Position numbers and translations under genes: made by a program
The notes under the pieces: model-generated
What the model was told of the DNA's origin: nothing
The model's input: the letters and a program-made list of their open reading frames with translations, nothing else
Databases searched by the model: none
In this document: positions 46,710 through 60,455 of the stretch, one piece after another
Layout of the letters: each line of letters starts with the position of its first letter
How positions within the stretch are numbered: the stretch's first letter is position 1
DNA from: Squalus acanthias
Taxonomy: Eukaryota
Assembly: GCA_030390025.1 (NCBI GenBank)
Contig: CM059425.1
Span: 167,092,001 to 167,156,000, forward strand
Length of the DNA: 64,000 bases
Reading direction: 5' to 3'

Positions 46710-48165
46710 GCCAAGCTTTCACATAACCGGAGGGAGCAACAACGCACGGAAGGAGGTCAGGCGGAGCTGCACCCCCTCACACAGCTGGAGGAGTGAGTTC
46801 ACAGACTCATTGCCAGTCATGTCGTTGGCGCTGTGGCACTTGGAGGTCGGCCCCCTTGGGGACAGCAACGGTATGTTCATCATCTTTATCTGCTCTCTCA
46901 TACCACTTCCCCCTCACAACACCGGCCTTTCCCACTTTCTATCTAACTATACTGTTTCCATTCCTTGCTCCCTTCCAGCCCCCGTGCCCTCATGTTAAAG
47001 CCACTCTTGTACCTTCCTGCTTTCAGATAGTGAGCCACCATCTGACCAGCCTATCCCTCAGCCTCCCAGTGGCAGTGACGCGGGAGAGGAGGAGGAACAC
47101 GAAGCCGGAGCCTCACCGCCTGCATCTCCCGAGGGCGAGACTTCCGACACTGGGGCCACGCGTTCACTGGAGGGGAGCAGGGGATTTGGATCTGATGTGG
47201 GTGAAGCTCCGGGACCCAGCGGGCTGCAGCAACACCATGGGGGAAGGGTAGCTCGGGGGCCATCTCCCCGGAGGATGATTGCGCGCACGAGTTCTGCTGC
47301 ACAGGACTCGGATGAGGACCTCGATATCGCGGCCATGAATACTCAGACTCTGAGCATGCATATGGAGCTCATAGGTGCAATGGCAAGGGTGCCCAACAGC
47401 ATGGATACACTGACTAGGAGTGTGGAGGAGTCCGCCGCCAGCACAGCTGTCATCTGTGCGCAAACCCTTGATCCCATCCTTGCCTCGTTGCAGAGGATGG
47501 TTGCATTGCAGAGAGACCGTGGGGACCCAGACCCCATGCCACATGTAATGGGTGAGGTGGCAGCATCTATTGCAGCACAGGCCGAGGCAACGCAATGGCT
47601 TAGTGCTGGAATCGAGTCAATGGCTGGTGCCATCCAATGTCAGACTGCTCTCATCCAATGTCAGACTGCTCTCATGCAGTCTCAGATTGATGCCACGCAA
47701 GCGCTGACTGCTGCCATCGTCATTGGGTCGACCACAGTCCACCGGGGATCTCACGGTGCTGCAGCTGGCCTGCAATCTGTGCTCGAGCAGATTGCTCCGG
47801 ATGCTGAGGTTCTGTCCCGTGGGAGTGCTAGTGTGTCGGTTGAGCAGGAAGGTGCTGTCCTCTCTCAGGATGACAGCATTCCTGCTCCCACCACTGCCAC
47901 TCCGCCATTGTACTTGCCACAGCCTGTAACCCAGCCAGTCCAGATTGCTGCTGCCCATGCAGAGTTGGTGCAGTCTGCAGCCGGGCCCTCCAGGCCCAGA
48001 GCTGGTCGAGGGCGTCCTTCAAGGCTAAATGCTGTCTCTGGATCCGACATTCAGCAGCCTTCCACCAGCCTTGCTGCAGCCACTGGGGCCACATTATGGA
48101 GGAGCAGTAAGGTGGGAAGGGGGGAAGTGCAAAGGGGAGGGAGATCATTCTCGAAGGGCGAATAA
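46710..48165 (+). pseudogene. Harbinger Myb-partner gene, exons 2-3
   Basis: acceptor at 46709 then AKLSHNRREQQRTEGG; donor at 46871; acceptor at 47026; 322-aa low-complexity coiled-coil ORF; convergent with the transposase. Confidence 0.7.
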
Positions 48166-48455
48166 CTAAAAATGCTCTAACAAATGGGGGGAATATTTGT
48201 CCCAAAGTTGGATGTGTATGTTAATATATTGTCCACTCTGTTAAGACTTAATTCGATGTGATAAGGACCAGTTGTTGTGTTTGTTTATTATTGGTTGTGC
48301 TTAATAAGACACAGTTGTTCAGAAAAATATTTTTTTTTATTGAAACGTTACAACTTTGCTCATTTTACTCATTGAAGCTTTGCCTGGTAATAAGGGCTGC
48401 GGATGGCTGTAATGATGTGCTTGTTCATTCCAAAAGCCATCTTCTCTGTCATTCA

Positions 48456-50394
48456 TCAGAAGCGGTGTCTTATGAGGCGTTCACAAATGGCCCGTGCAGA
48501 AGTGACATTGAGCGCCTCCCTCCCACGATGTTGCTGCTCATCCTTCTCTTCATCCTCCTCTTCATCCTCCTCCACCTCCTCCTCCTCCTGAGGTGATCCA
48601 CCAATCCCTGGTGGCAATGGCTGCTCCTCAGAATTGCGAGGTTGTGAAGCATGCAGCACACAACAATGGGCTGGATTTTGCAACCCCTATGGGTGTGTAC
48701 GAGGTGTGTACGTAACTGTAGGAGCCGTGCAAGTGCCAGTTTCAGGCATGTGAAGTGCATGCGCTGAAACCCGGCACTTGCGATCTGTCAATTCTCTTGA
48801 CAGATCATCCGCATGCCTAAGAAAAGTGCCTCTGCGGGTGGAGAGTTGCGCTTTTTGTACAACTTCCGCCGCTGAATGACTGTTAAATTTTTACGCCTGC
48901 TTTTACCAGCTTAAGAGTTTTACAAAATAAAAAATTAAATTTGATAACTCATTTATCAATTAAAAATACTCTTCAAAAAGGTAAGTTTATTTTTAGCCCC
49001 ATAAAAATATTTAATTTTCCCCCCCAAAAATTACATTTTTGTTTAAAATATTTAATTAAATGTCATTTTAATTAATTTTAAATATGTAATTAAAAAAAAA
49101 ATGTAGTTAATGTTTTAGTGTGTTTTTAAATGTGATCCCCATTCATACTTTTGACAGTTCTGTGCATACGGACCTGTCAAAAGTATGAAGGGGGATTCCC
49201 TTCTTTCATTGGTTCACATGGCCCATGTCTTCTTCTTCTTAGAAGATCCATGTGATCCCAGGGGCGCTTGCGAACCGCATGCACATCTGGGATACCTGGG
49301 CCTCTGCGCATTTCGAAGAGGAGAGGCCCAGGATCGCAAGCCTCGGGATCTATGGAACCAGCAGGTAAGTTCGTAGATTTTTTTCCGATCGGAGGCACCC
49401 GCCTGCAGGAAGCCTCCGATCGGAAATTCAGGGTCAATGAAAACCGATACTTGATCGGGAGAGTACTGCAGGGCTCCTCCAGAGTGGTCAAGACACCGGA
49501 ACCGTTGCTTCAGCACGCCGATCGTCTGCTCAATCAGGTTCCTAGTGGCACTTTGGCTCTCATTGTATGTGAGCTCAGCAGGAGTGTTGGGGTTACGGAG
49601 CGGTGTCATCAGCCAGGTGTAGAGTGGATAACCCTTGTCCCTGAGGAGCCCCAGCCATGAGGTTGATGCGGTGGTTGGAACAGGTCTGGGACACCAGTCT
49701 GAAGCAGGATGAATGCATCATGGCTGCTGCCAGGATAGCGGGCATTGACGGCGAGGATGTGCTGTCTGTGGTCGCAAACCAACTGGACGTTGAGAGAGTG
49801 GAAGCCTTTGCGGTTGCGGAAAAGCTCTGCATTTTCATGAGGTGCCTGCAATGCCACGTGCGTGCAGTCAATGGTGCCCTGAACCATGGGGAAGCCCACT
49901 ATCGTGGCGAAGCCACATGCGCGTTCACGCTGTTTGTCTCGGGTCATGGGGAAAGTGATGTACTCCCTTCTCCTTTGGTATAGAGCATTTGTGACTTCCT
50001 GGATGCAACAATGGATGGTGAACTGGGAGATGTTCGCAATATCCCCTGTGGAAGCCTGGAAGGAGCCGCTGGTGTAGAAATTGAGAGTCACCATCATCTT
50101 CACTGCCACCGACAGAGACATCCTGGTCCTGAGCTGAGGCTGGAGCTCTGGCTGCAGGAGGTGGCAGAGCTCAGTGAGCACCTCCTTGCTGAAGCGGAGC
50201 CTTCTAAAACACTGCTCCTCGGACAGATAGATATATGAGAATTGCTCCCGGAATACCCTGGGAGGGTAAGGTCTCCTGTGCAGAGCCCTGTTGGCCCTCC
50301 TCCCACTGGCCACATTTTCCATTCACTTTCTCCGCCTCTGCTGCCTCCGACAATGAAGCTGGAGGACGAGGGCCTGTGCTAATACAGCCCCCAT
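48456..50394 (-). pseudogene. Harbinger (HARBI1-like) DDE transposase, disrupted
   Basis: [63 protein letters not shown]; stop codon, frameshift and a MITE insertion. Confidence 0.92.
48668..49435. mobile_element. Harbinger-type MITE inserted in the transposase
   Basis: begins GGGCTGGATTTT; TSD AAT at 48665-48667 and 49436-49438; removal restores SVFIVVCCMLHN. Confidence 0.85.
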
Positions 50395-51086
50395 TTAATC
50401 TTCTAAATGTGGTAGTAATAAAGCTGACAGAAATGGGAACCTGAAAAGTCTCACTGAGGAACAAAACTCCTTGTTAGATAGCGTTAAATGTCTCCAGACG
50501 CCTCTCTCCCTCTCTCAACCTGCGTATACAGAATCTTTTGCCGACAGGAAAAAGCAGGAAGCACACACCTTTAAATAGCGCTCCCCAGCTCGCAGCCGAC
50601 AGCAAACCGTCCCCCGCTACCTGTCGTTCCTAGCAGCAGGCGCTGAGGCAGAGGGCGAGAATCAATTTCCGGTCCGGGGCACGCTTCGATGACATCACGA
50701 TCTCCAGGCGCAGGAGATCGTGTCGGTAGTGTTTAGCGCCACCGCAAACCGTCAGGTGAATTTTGCGGGCGGCGCTAAAATCACTGCGCTTGGGCGGTAA
50801 GTCATGAGCACCCCATTAGCACCCCCCGGAGGCACTAACGGGAGGCACGAACCAACCAAATTTTTCCCCCAGGAGCTTAAATTCACAACTTAAAGAGGCC
50901 AAAGCAACAGTTTTTAAGTAAATTTTAACATCTTTTTAATGTTTCATCCAATATAAAGTGTTTTATATTGAACTGTAAGTTAGAATTGTAATTTAAATTG
51001 CATTTAGCTTTCATCTGTATTTCCAGTGTTTTCAGTACAGACCATAATGAGACTATTAATGTAATGAGAAAATGAACAGAATCATT

Positions 51087-53993
51087 GGGCTGGGTTTTCA
51101 TGGGGAAGGCAGGTTGGGGCAGTGGGGGGGGGGGGGGGGGCCGGGGGGGGAGGCGCTCCGAGATGGTCAGGAAACCTGGGAGTACGGGTTTCCCGCAGGC
51201 CCTGCTGACTTTAACGGCAGGGCCTGGTTTGCATGTGAGGCCTCTGTTTCCCACGTGCAGCCAGCCAGATTGAGAGGCTGGCTGGCTGTGGGCGGGTAGT
51301 CCTGCAGCACTAGGCCGCACAGAGGAGGGAGGGAGGGATCGAGTGGGGGCCAGGGTTGGCCGGAGGAGCACGGGGGGGATGGGCGGTTGCTAAGGATCGG
51401 GGGGGGGGGGTGCAACAAAATTCGAGTAGCGGACGCCGGAACATCAGGGGCCAGGTGTGAGGAACATTGGGGGCCGAGTGTGAGGAATAGTGGGGGCCGG
51501 GTGTGAGGAACATCAGGGGCCGGGTGTGAGGAACATCGGGGGCCGGGTGTGAGGAACATCGGGGGCCGGGTGTGAGGAACATTGGGGGCCGGGTGTGAGG
51601 AACATTGGGGGCCGGGTGTGAGGAATAGTGGGGGCTGGGTGTGAGGAATAGTGGGGGCTGGGTGTGAGGAATAGTGGGGGCCGGGTGTGAGGAATAGTGG
51701 GGGCCGGGTGTGAGGAATAGTGGGGGCCGGGTGTGAGGAACAGTGGGGGCCGGGTGTGAGGAACATTGGGGGCCGGGTGTGAGGAACATTGGGGGCCAGG
51801 TGTGAGGAACATTGGGGGCCGGGTATGAGGAACATTGGGGGCCGGGTGTGAGGAACATTGGGGGCCGGGTGTGAGGAATAGTGGGGGCCGGGTGTGAGGA
51901 ATAGTGGGGGCCGGGTGTGAGGAATAGTGGGGGCCGGGTGTGAGGAACATTGGGGGCCGGGTGTGAGGAATAGTGGGGTCCGGGTGTGAGGAACATTGGG
52001 GGCCGGGTGTGAGGAATAGTGGGGGCTGGGTGTGAGGAACATCGGGGGCCGGGTGTGAGGAATAGTGGGGGCCGGGTGTGAGGAATAGTGGGGGCCGGGT
52101 GTGAGGAATAGTGGGGGCCGGGTGTGAGGAACATCGGGGGATGGGTGTGAGGAATAGTGGGGGCCGGGTGTGAGGAACATTGGGGGACGGGTGTGAGGAA
52201 CATCGGGGGACGGGTGTGAGGAACATCGGGGGATGGGTGTGAGGAAGTTTGGGGGCCGGGTGTGAGGAATAGTGGGGGCCGGGTGTGAGGAACATTGGGG
52301 GCCGGGTGTGAGGAATAGTGGGGGCCGGGTGTGAGGAACATTGGGGGCCGGGTGTGAGGAATAGTGGGGGCCGGGTGTGAGGAATAGTGGGGGCCGGGTG
52401 TGAGGAACATTGGGGGCTGGGTGTGAGGAATAGTGGGGGCCGGGTGTGAGGAACATCGGGGGCCGGGTGTGAGGAACATCGGGGGCTGGGTGTGAGGAAC
52501 ATCGGGGGACGGGTGTGAGGAACATCGGGGGCCGGGTGTGAGGAACATTGGGGGCCGGGTGTGAGGAACATTGGGGGACGGGTGTGAGGAACATCGGGGG
52601 ACGGGTGTGAGGAACATCGGGGGACGGGTGTGAGGAATAGTGGGGGCCGGGTGTGAGGAACATTGGGGGCCGGGTGTGAGGAACATTGGGGGCCGGGTGT
52701 GAGGAACATTGGGGGCCGGGTGTGAGGAATAGTGGGGGCCGGGTGTGAGGAATAGTGGGGGCCGGGTGTGAGGAATAGTGGGGGCTGGGTGTGAGGAATA
52801 GTGGGGGCCGGGTGTGAGGAACATCGGGGGCCGGGTGTGAGGAATAGTGGGGGCCGGGTGTGAGGAACATTGGGGGCCGGGTGTGAGGAATAGTGGGGGC
52901 CGGGTGTGAGGAACATTGGGGGCCGGGTGTGAGGAATAGTGGGGGCTGGGTGTGAGGAACATCGGGGGCCGGGTGTGAGGAATAGTGGGGGCCGGGTGTG
53001 AGGAATAGTGGGGGCCGGGTGTGAGGAATAGTGGGGGCCGGGTGTGAGGAACATCGGGGGATGGGTGTGAGGAATAGTGGGGGCCGGGTGTGAGGAACAT
53101 TGGGGGACGGGTGTGAGGAACATCGGGGGACGGGTGTGAGGAACATCGGGGGACGGGTGTGAGGAAGTTTGGGGGCCGGGTGTGAGGAATAGTGGGGGCC
53201 GGGTGTGAGGAACATTGGGGGCCGGGTGTGAGGAATAGTGGGGGCCGGGTGTGAGGAACATTGGGGGCCGGGTGTGAGGAATAGTGGGGGCCGGGTGTGA
53301 GGAATAGTGGGGGCCAGGTGTGAGGAACATTGGGGGACGGGTGTGAGGAACATCGGGGGACGGGTGTGAGGAATAGTGGGGGCCGGGTGTGAGGAACATT
53401 GGGGGACGGGTGTGAGGAACATCGGGGGACGGGTGTGAGGAATAGTGGGGGCCGGGTGTGAGGAACATTGGGGGACGGGTGTGAGGAACATCGGGGGACG
53501 GGTGTGAGGAACATCGGGGGACGGGTGTGAGGAAGTTTGGGGGCCGGGTGTGAGGAATAGTGGGGGCCGGGTGTGAGGAACATTGGGGGCCGGGTGTGAG
53601 GAATAGTGGGAGCCGGGTGTGAGGAACATCGGGGGCCGGGTGTGAGGAACATCGGGGGCCGGGTGTGAGGAACATTGGGGGCCGGGTGTGAGGAACATCG
53701 GGGGCCGGGTGTGAGGAATAGTGGGGGCCGGGTGTGAGGAACATAGGGGGACGGGTGTGAGGAATAGTGGGGGCCGGGTGTGAGGAACATTGGGGGCCGG
53801 GTGTGAGGAACATTGGGGGCCGGGTGTGAGGAACATTGGGGGCCGGGTGTGAGGAAGTTTGGGGGGTTGCGAGGAACATCGGGGGCAATAGAAGCCAATT
53901 TTGCAGTCGGAGGCGATAATTAGCGCCAGGCGCTAAACTTTGCCCCCGGGCGATAATTGCGCCCCAAACGGGGCGATACTGAATTTCTCCCCC
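51087..53993. mobile_element. Harbinger-type non-autonomous element carrying a VNTR
   Basis: starts GGGCTGGGTTTT and ends GAATTTCTCCCC, with GGCGATAA/GGCGCTAA subterminal repeats; no clean TSD. Confidence 0.5.
51440..53885. repeat. 23-bp minisatellite (GGGCCGGGTGTGAGGAACATTGG), ~106 units
   Basis: strict 23-bp period with a few discrete unit variants. Confidence 0.97.
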
Positions 53994-53999
53994 CTGTTG

Positions 54000-55435
54000 T
54001 TTTAAGAGGTCTGAACCTCATTGCCATTAAGCACATTGGCAGCATTTTAGCCCATTGAGCGGGGTGGTCCACACACAATTTTTTTTAACATTAACTTGAG
54101 GGTCCTGTTCCCCCTTTCGACCCCTCCAGATGACTGGGGGTGGTGAGCAATATGTAGTTTGTGTTTTATCCCCAACATTTCCTGCAGGTGGGTAAAAATC
54201 TTACCGGTAAAGTGCGAACCTTGATCACTGTCAACTTGTACCGGTACTCCCCACCTACAAAAGACATGATTTAATAGTGTTTTGGCTGCCGTGATTGCGG
54301 TGTTGGAGCGGCAGGGGAATGCTTCGATCCAGTTAGTGAATTGATCCACCACCACTAGGGCATGCCGAAAATTGCCTTGCACCTGTTGAAGTGGCCCATT
54401 GAAGTCTATCTGGAGGTGGGCCCATGGCCCTTGAGGTGGGGGCGCGCTTTGAAGCAAGGCTCAGTTAGTGCACGTGGGAGGATTGTGCTGCAGGCACGGT
54501 CGGCATCGTGCCACATATAGGTTGATTGTTTCCCTCATGGAAGGCCACCAAGCTGTGGATGCTATCTTATCGAAGGTTACCAGGGCCGAATAGTGCCCTG
54601 CCGTGGGGTGGGAGTGAAAGAGGGAGAGCAGTTCCTGACCCACCTCTGGTGGAACACACACCACCGGGCAGGCGTATGGCTTTCATTTGAACATCAGCAA
54701 CTGCTCCGCTGAGTCAGGGGCAGTGGCTAGTCTGGTATTGGGGGCCCAGGCTGTCGGTTGAGCAAGGGGTCTGCCTTCCTCGTGCCAGGCGCTTACAATG
54801 GCATATGGCCAGTATTGCTGCTGCAGGGATTTTAAATCTAGGTGATCTGTTGGGGAGCTCTTGCTAACAGCATTGCAGGGCTCAACAACTATATCCTCTG
54901 TCTCCCCAACAATCGCAGCGTCCTTGGCTGCTCTGTCTGCTCTGGAATTTCCCTCACTATGTGGATCCCCTTTTCTATGGGCTGCTGCCTTTCCAATGAA
55001 GCAGGGCTGGGATTGCTGTTTAAGGTATGACCAGAGAAGGCGTAACCAGGGCCCATGGACCAGGGCCTTACCGTCTATTGTACGGTAGTCATTTTTGTGG
55101 TATAGTGGCAAGGAGAGCATGGTGTTTATAGCATAGGCACTATCGGACCAAATATTCACGGGTCTATCTGAGGTTTCTTTCACAGCGGTTAGAAGTGCGG
55201 CGATTTCTGCATATTGTGAGGACTGTCGGTTGCATCGTCGCTGGATGGTTCTCTCTGGCAATACCACAGCATACCCGGTGTGGGGGGATCCCTCAATGTG
55301 ATATGGGGACCCATCGATGTAGACATCTGGGACTCCCTGTATGGACTCTTTCTGCACAGGATGGGTCTCAAAGTTAATCAGGGGTAGCGGACATTCATGC
55401 GTTTCATGCCGTTGCCTTGAGCAGGGAGATCGATA
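54000..55435 (-). pseudogene. pol: retroviral-type pol fragment (RNase H plus integrase)
   Basis: VYIDGS..QYAEIAA..WSDSAY..AAAH..GNSRADRAA; HHCC; QIDFNGPL..SDQGSHF..VERGNRTLK; stops and frameshifts. Confidence 0.9.
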
Positions 55436-55872
55436 CACGTCAAATTCATCTTTATTACATACATCTTATATTATTAATCTCGAGTCCATCACACATACAA
55501 AACATATATTTTTATTCTTACACCACTGCATTCAACTTTTTTGAACTTCACCTCCTTCTAGGCTAGAATAGAGATTATCTGCTAATGTGCCAACCACAGA
55601 TGTATGAAACAAGTGACTCATGCTTCAGTAAGTATAGACTAGCGCCAGGAGCATGACACGTTGAAGGGATATTTACTAGTCCTAGCCCCTTTAGGGCTAC
55701 CCCGGATCAGACATATTTCGCAGACGTTCACTTTCAACTAAAGTTTGAGGTAGCCGAATCCTAAAGACGCTTAATTGGGTCTAAAGGTCCGGGCTATCTC
55801 GCCCTAAAGGAAAGGAACAACCTGAGAATGTTACCGTCCTCCAGATAGCGCTATTAATAAGTTTAGCTAAAC

Positions 55873-56805
55873 TGTAACGTCCCGGATATTATGAGGGTCC
55901 GGAAAACTCCCCCAGAATTCTGCAACACTTCACCAAAGAGTGTACAGAGATTGAGTTCGCAAGTTTTTGATACAGAAGTCTTATGTGAGACAATTCTAAA
56001 AATATATAGATTTATTAAAAGAACTGACATGCAATTTACAGTTGGTGAATCAGTCAATTGCAACATTAACAATTCTAAAAAGAGAAAACATACGATCTTT
56101 TTAACAGAGCATCTTACTTTTAAATCTTAACTTCGCTACAGTATTACAGTTCTTAACGTTCTCTTATACAGGATATCCATCAATATCAAATACCTTTGAT
56201 TCCCCGAGGTACAAAGAATGGTAGACTACAGAGCCGCCTCTGAAGTCGAGAATCACTTTGCCCGATTAAAGCGAGTCTGATATTCCATTTGAGAGTTCAA
56301 TATTTATACCCTTTTCCAGTGGTATTTCCTTTAAGGTTTTCTGCTGATGCAAGTTAATTATCTCTATTCATCTTTCTGCCGACCTCTGCAATTCTTACTG
56401 CCACATCAGCCAGAATCTTGTCTCATCTCCAGGTGTTCTAGGGTCACCATATAAAAACGGTGTAAATGGCAGGTGTTCTTTATTTTATGTCATCTTTACG
56501 AGGGCAGATGTTCCTTATCTTATGTGCCATCTTTGCAAAGTTTAAATTAGAACACCTTATCCAGGGTGAAGCATTGTTTTGTTCCCAAAAGGTCAGCTTA
56601 TCGGAGCCATGCACCTTCTGTTTCAATAAGGTTATTTATTCAGGGTCAACAACTGTCTTATCTCAATAGCCAGAATGCTTTCACAGCTATTTCATAGTTA
56701 GGTTTCTAAATTTCCAAACCCAGTTTGTCATGTTTTAATAAGGCCAGAATTCTTTCATAAGATGGTGTATTTTTCTGAATAGGTTATATGGCTTATTCCT
56801 TCACA
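55873..56805 (-). repeat. possible LTR
   Basis: TGTAAC...TCACA ends; minus-strand TATAAA at ~56303 and AATAAA at ~56011; adjacent to the pol relic; no partner LTR, PBS or clean TSD. Confidence 0.35.
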
Positions 56806-57989
56806 ACGTCTACCCAATGTCAGCACACCGCTGTATTTCCTGAAGTACAGCCAGTTCTAAGATAATGTCTATAATGTTCCTGCTTCTTCTTTGCCACCAC
56901 TAGTTGTTCCTCATTACCTGTGCCTCGGGACTCACTTAGTACTATTTCCTCAATCTTACTAACTTTTCATGCTCTAGTGCTTGCAAATATTGATGAGACA
57001 GATGCAGAATGCTGTTAGCTGCTACATTTTCCTGGCCCACTGCCAGTCCAGGCTGGCTGCTGTTCCAGTTCTACAATGACAGAAAAATGACAAATGTTAC
57101 AATGGTGGCTCGAAGACATGCCTTCCAAAAATAGCTTGACTTCCAGTAACTAAGAGTGTGAGCTGTTTGTGTTGTGTGTATGCTTGCTTGAAAGGAATTA
57201 AGAAAGAGGGAACATCACTTAAGAACTGGGTGGTACAGCCTATCACTAGGGCCTCTTACCTTTAAGTGGCCACATCCCTTACAATTTCTCTATAATGCCT
57301 TTGTGCATGCCGTGATTACACTTATGCTCAATTTCCAACTCTCACCTTGCCGACAAGCTTGCCAAAACTAGACCCAGTATGGACTAGAATAAATTACATG
57401 TGTTCACCCTGGAAATTTCCAAGAGTTTGGTATTCTGTAAAAGTGGTAGGTGTAAAGCTTTATTACCAGGACACGAAAATTCACCCTTGACAATCCAAAT
57501 TTGAATAACTTCAGCAGTAAATTTATCACTTTTAAGAAGCATTTTCTTTTAACTTTTTAACAATGAGGTTTCTTGTTTTCATCTATGAATAAATCGAAAA
57601 CATGTCATGCCACTGCTGGATATCATTCTTATCCAATAGGCCAAAGCAATTCATTTGTACATATTCAGTTTGGTTCACCTATTGGAAAAGTGTTATATAC
57701 AGTGAGTACTTAACAAGCATACCTGTGTATTTTGTCTCAGTGGGGTAGACTTTCCACAGGGGTTCTCCTGATCATCCACTGTAATTTCGGTGGAAGATTC
57801 ACAGAAATCCTGGAGAGTGTAAATTCCAGGATTTCCGTGGTTCTTCTGCCGAAGTTACAGCAGATGAACAGCAGAAACTCTGCGGAAACCATGTCAAGGA
57901 TCTCTGTCCTATATCTTTCTTGAAGTGTGCATATAATGTCTGTTTATTTCTGGCTGCAAATCTATCTTTTTATTGTGTGTATTTTTAGA

Positions 57990-58265
57990 CAAAAAGAATT
58001 TGCATTTATCATGTTCTCAGGGTGTCCTTGAACGCCCTGTAGCCAACTGATTATTCTTGAAGTAGAGTCACTGTTGTTATGTAAGCAAATGCGGCGGCCA
58101 ATTTGTATGCAACAAGGTCTCACAAACAGCAAATGTTTGACCAGACCATCTATTCTTGGTGGTGTTGATTGAGGGAGGAATGTAGGTTAGGACACTAGGG
58201 GAACTCTTTAAATACTGCCATGAGATCTTTTAGCGTCTGCCTGAGCAGGAAGTTTAACATCTCAT
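57990..58265 (-). mobile_element. Deu-domain SINE (SacSINE1/AmnSINE-like) fragment
   Basis: GTCACTGTTGTTATGTAAGCAAATGCGGCGGCCAATTTG...CACAAACAGCAA resembles the reverse complement of the Deu core as recalled. Confidence 0.55.
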
Positions 58266-59894
58266 TCGTTAATTTAATCGGAAGGAAAATCAGCGACTCA
58301 GTTATGGGCATGTGATCCTCCCCTAGATTTTCCTCTCTGTGCTGCACCCAGGCAACGCTTTACACCCAGATACTAAAAATTAAAATCTACTCCATGGTCT
58401 TTGGGGTACCTAATAGGCGTTAGAGACCTTATCATTTTTGAACTGTCATGAATTTGGGATAGATGGGGGGTAATTAATTTTAATGTATTTCATTTTAATC
58501 TAAATTAAATACTGTCAAAATACTGCTTGAGTGCTTTCCTTTGTTAACTGCTATACTTGCATTCAGAGCTTAAGTAAAGTTTAAAGAAGAGAATGACTGA
58601 ATATGTAATTGCACTTCTTGGACATACATAAAAATAATGTCCTAGCTGGGAGATGCATTTGCTATTCTAATTACTTTACAAATTAAAGCAATTTTTCTGC
58701 GCAGGGTGCATTTACAGAGCACGCAGCTTTCTATTTTTGTACTTAGCACAGTGCTTCTCCTGACAACTATGTATTTAAGCTATTTTGGACTCCCCACAGT
58801 TTGGTATAGCAGATATCCTGCACAAGTTGAATTTCTGCCCTGCATTTTATTAGTATGTATTATTGTGTAGCTGGATTTTTTCCCAGTGTTTTCTGTGCCA
58901 TGTCTTTTTTATCTGGTTATTTAAGTATCACCAAATGCTTTGCATTCAATAATCTTTTCATTAGAAATGTACTTTCTTTCCAGTGTAATTTATATATAAT
59001 ATTATAATCATTATATTCTATGAAAAATGGGTGGGAATAAACCACTTCAACCAAGAACACGGTTGTAACAGTTTATCTTTTTCAATGAAAAAAAATAGCA
59101 TGTGGATCTTTTGTTGAGATGGGTAAAGAACAGTGTAGAAAACTGGTATTGATAAAAAAGATCATTTGTAGGCATTACTTCCAGAAGACCAATAAGAATA
59201 AAAGCAAGTGAGAGAGAATTTTAAAGATTAGCAACCCAACATTGCTTTATAAATTTAACACAAAATCAATGTCAGTAAATACCAGTAGAAAGCAACGACT
59301 AAAGTCTTTCCTGTTTGCTTTGAGCATTGCTACTCCTAGAGAAATGGATTAACTAATACCAAGTACATATTGCCATATATAACTTTCTCAACCCTCTGTA
59401 TCCTCCCCTCACCCCCATCCCACACTGTCCCCTTGGCACCCCAACACACTCCTCCTCACACCCTTACCTATCCCCATCCACATCTCTCCACCCCGCTCAA
59501 CTGCCCCCCTAGCCTGACCTGGAAGCTGGTTTCCCAGCCCAAAAAATATTAATGTAAACAATAGAATTTAATGTTGGTGAATGTTTTAGAGCAAAAAACA
59601 TCCCACTTACTGCTGCCTGTTCACTAACAGCCATAGAGTTTGAGGGGCACAGTTCTGATAAAGTATCAATACCTTCTAGGTTATATTAACCATTGAAAGT
59701 ATATTGGGAAAGATCTTCACATTAAGGTGGAAGGTCTGGAGAGGATTGATAAATCCTATTAGAAGAAGGAACGATGAGAGTTTCTGTATCTACAAAGAAA
59801 TGTACCCAGTCAGATCCTAAGACAAAAAGAGAGTTCTAATTTTTTTAAGTTTACTATGGTGCAATGCTACAAATAGAAGGGATTTCACCACCCA

Positions 59895-60455
59895 ACATGT
59901 GTACAGTTTTGGTCGCCTTATCTGAGGAAGATGTTCTTGCCATGGAAGGAGTTCAGCGAAGATTCACAAGGCTGATACCTGGGATGGCAGGAATGACATA
60001 TGAGGAGAGATTGGGTCGATTGGGCTTATACTCGCTGGAGTATAGAAGAATGAGAGGGGATCTCATCGAAACATATAAAATTCTGACAGGTCTGGACAAA
60101 CTAGATGCAGGAAGAATGTTCCCGATGGTCGGAGAGTCCAGAACCAGGGGTCATAATCTAAGGATAAGGGGTAAGCCATTTAGGACAGAAATGAGGAAGA
60201 ATTTCTTCACCCAGAGAGTGGTGAACCTGTGGAATTCTCCACCACAGAAGGTAGTTGAGGCCAAGTCATTAAATATATTCAAGAATGAGTTAGATATATT
60301 TCTTAAAGCTAAAGGTATCAAGGGATATGGGGAGAAGGCAGGTACAGGGTACTGAGTTTGGATGATCAGCCATGATCTCATCGAATGGCGGAGCAGGCTC
60401 AAGGGGCCGAATGGCCTACTCCTGCTCCTATCTTCTATGTTTCTATGTTTCTATG
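59895..60455 (+). mobile_element. CR1 LINE 3' fragment
   Basis: EGVQRRFTRLIPG..RGDLIETYK..NFFTQRVV; (TTTCTATG)n tail at ~60432-60455. Confidence 0.95.

Noticed and set aside
51440..53885. CRISPR-like regular repeat array
   Set aside because: no unique spacers, no cas genes, eukaryotic context
51167..53898. three overlapping 791-889 aa Pro/His/Thr-rich ORFs
   Set aside because: all three minus frames are open because the 23-bp unit lacks stops
58600..58900. possible conserved non-coding element in unique AT-rich sequence
   Set aside because: cannot be supported without cross-species alignment
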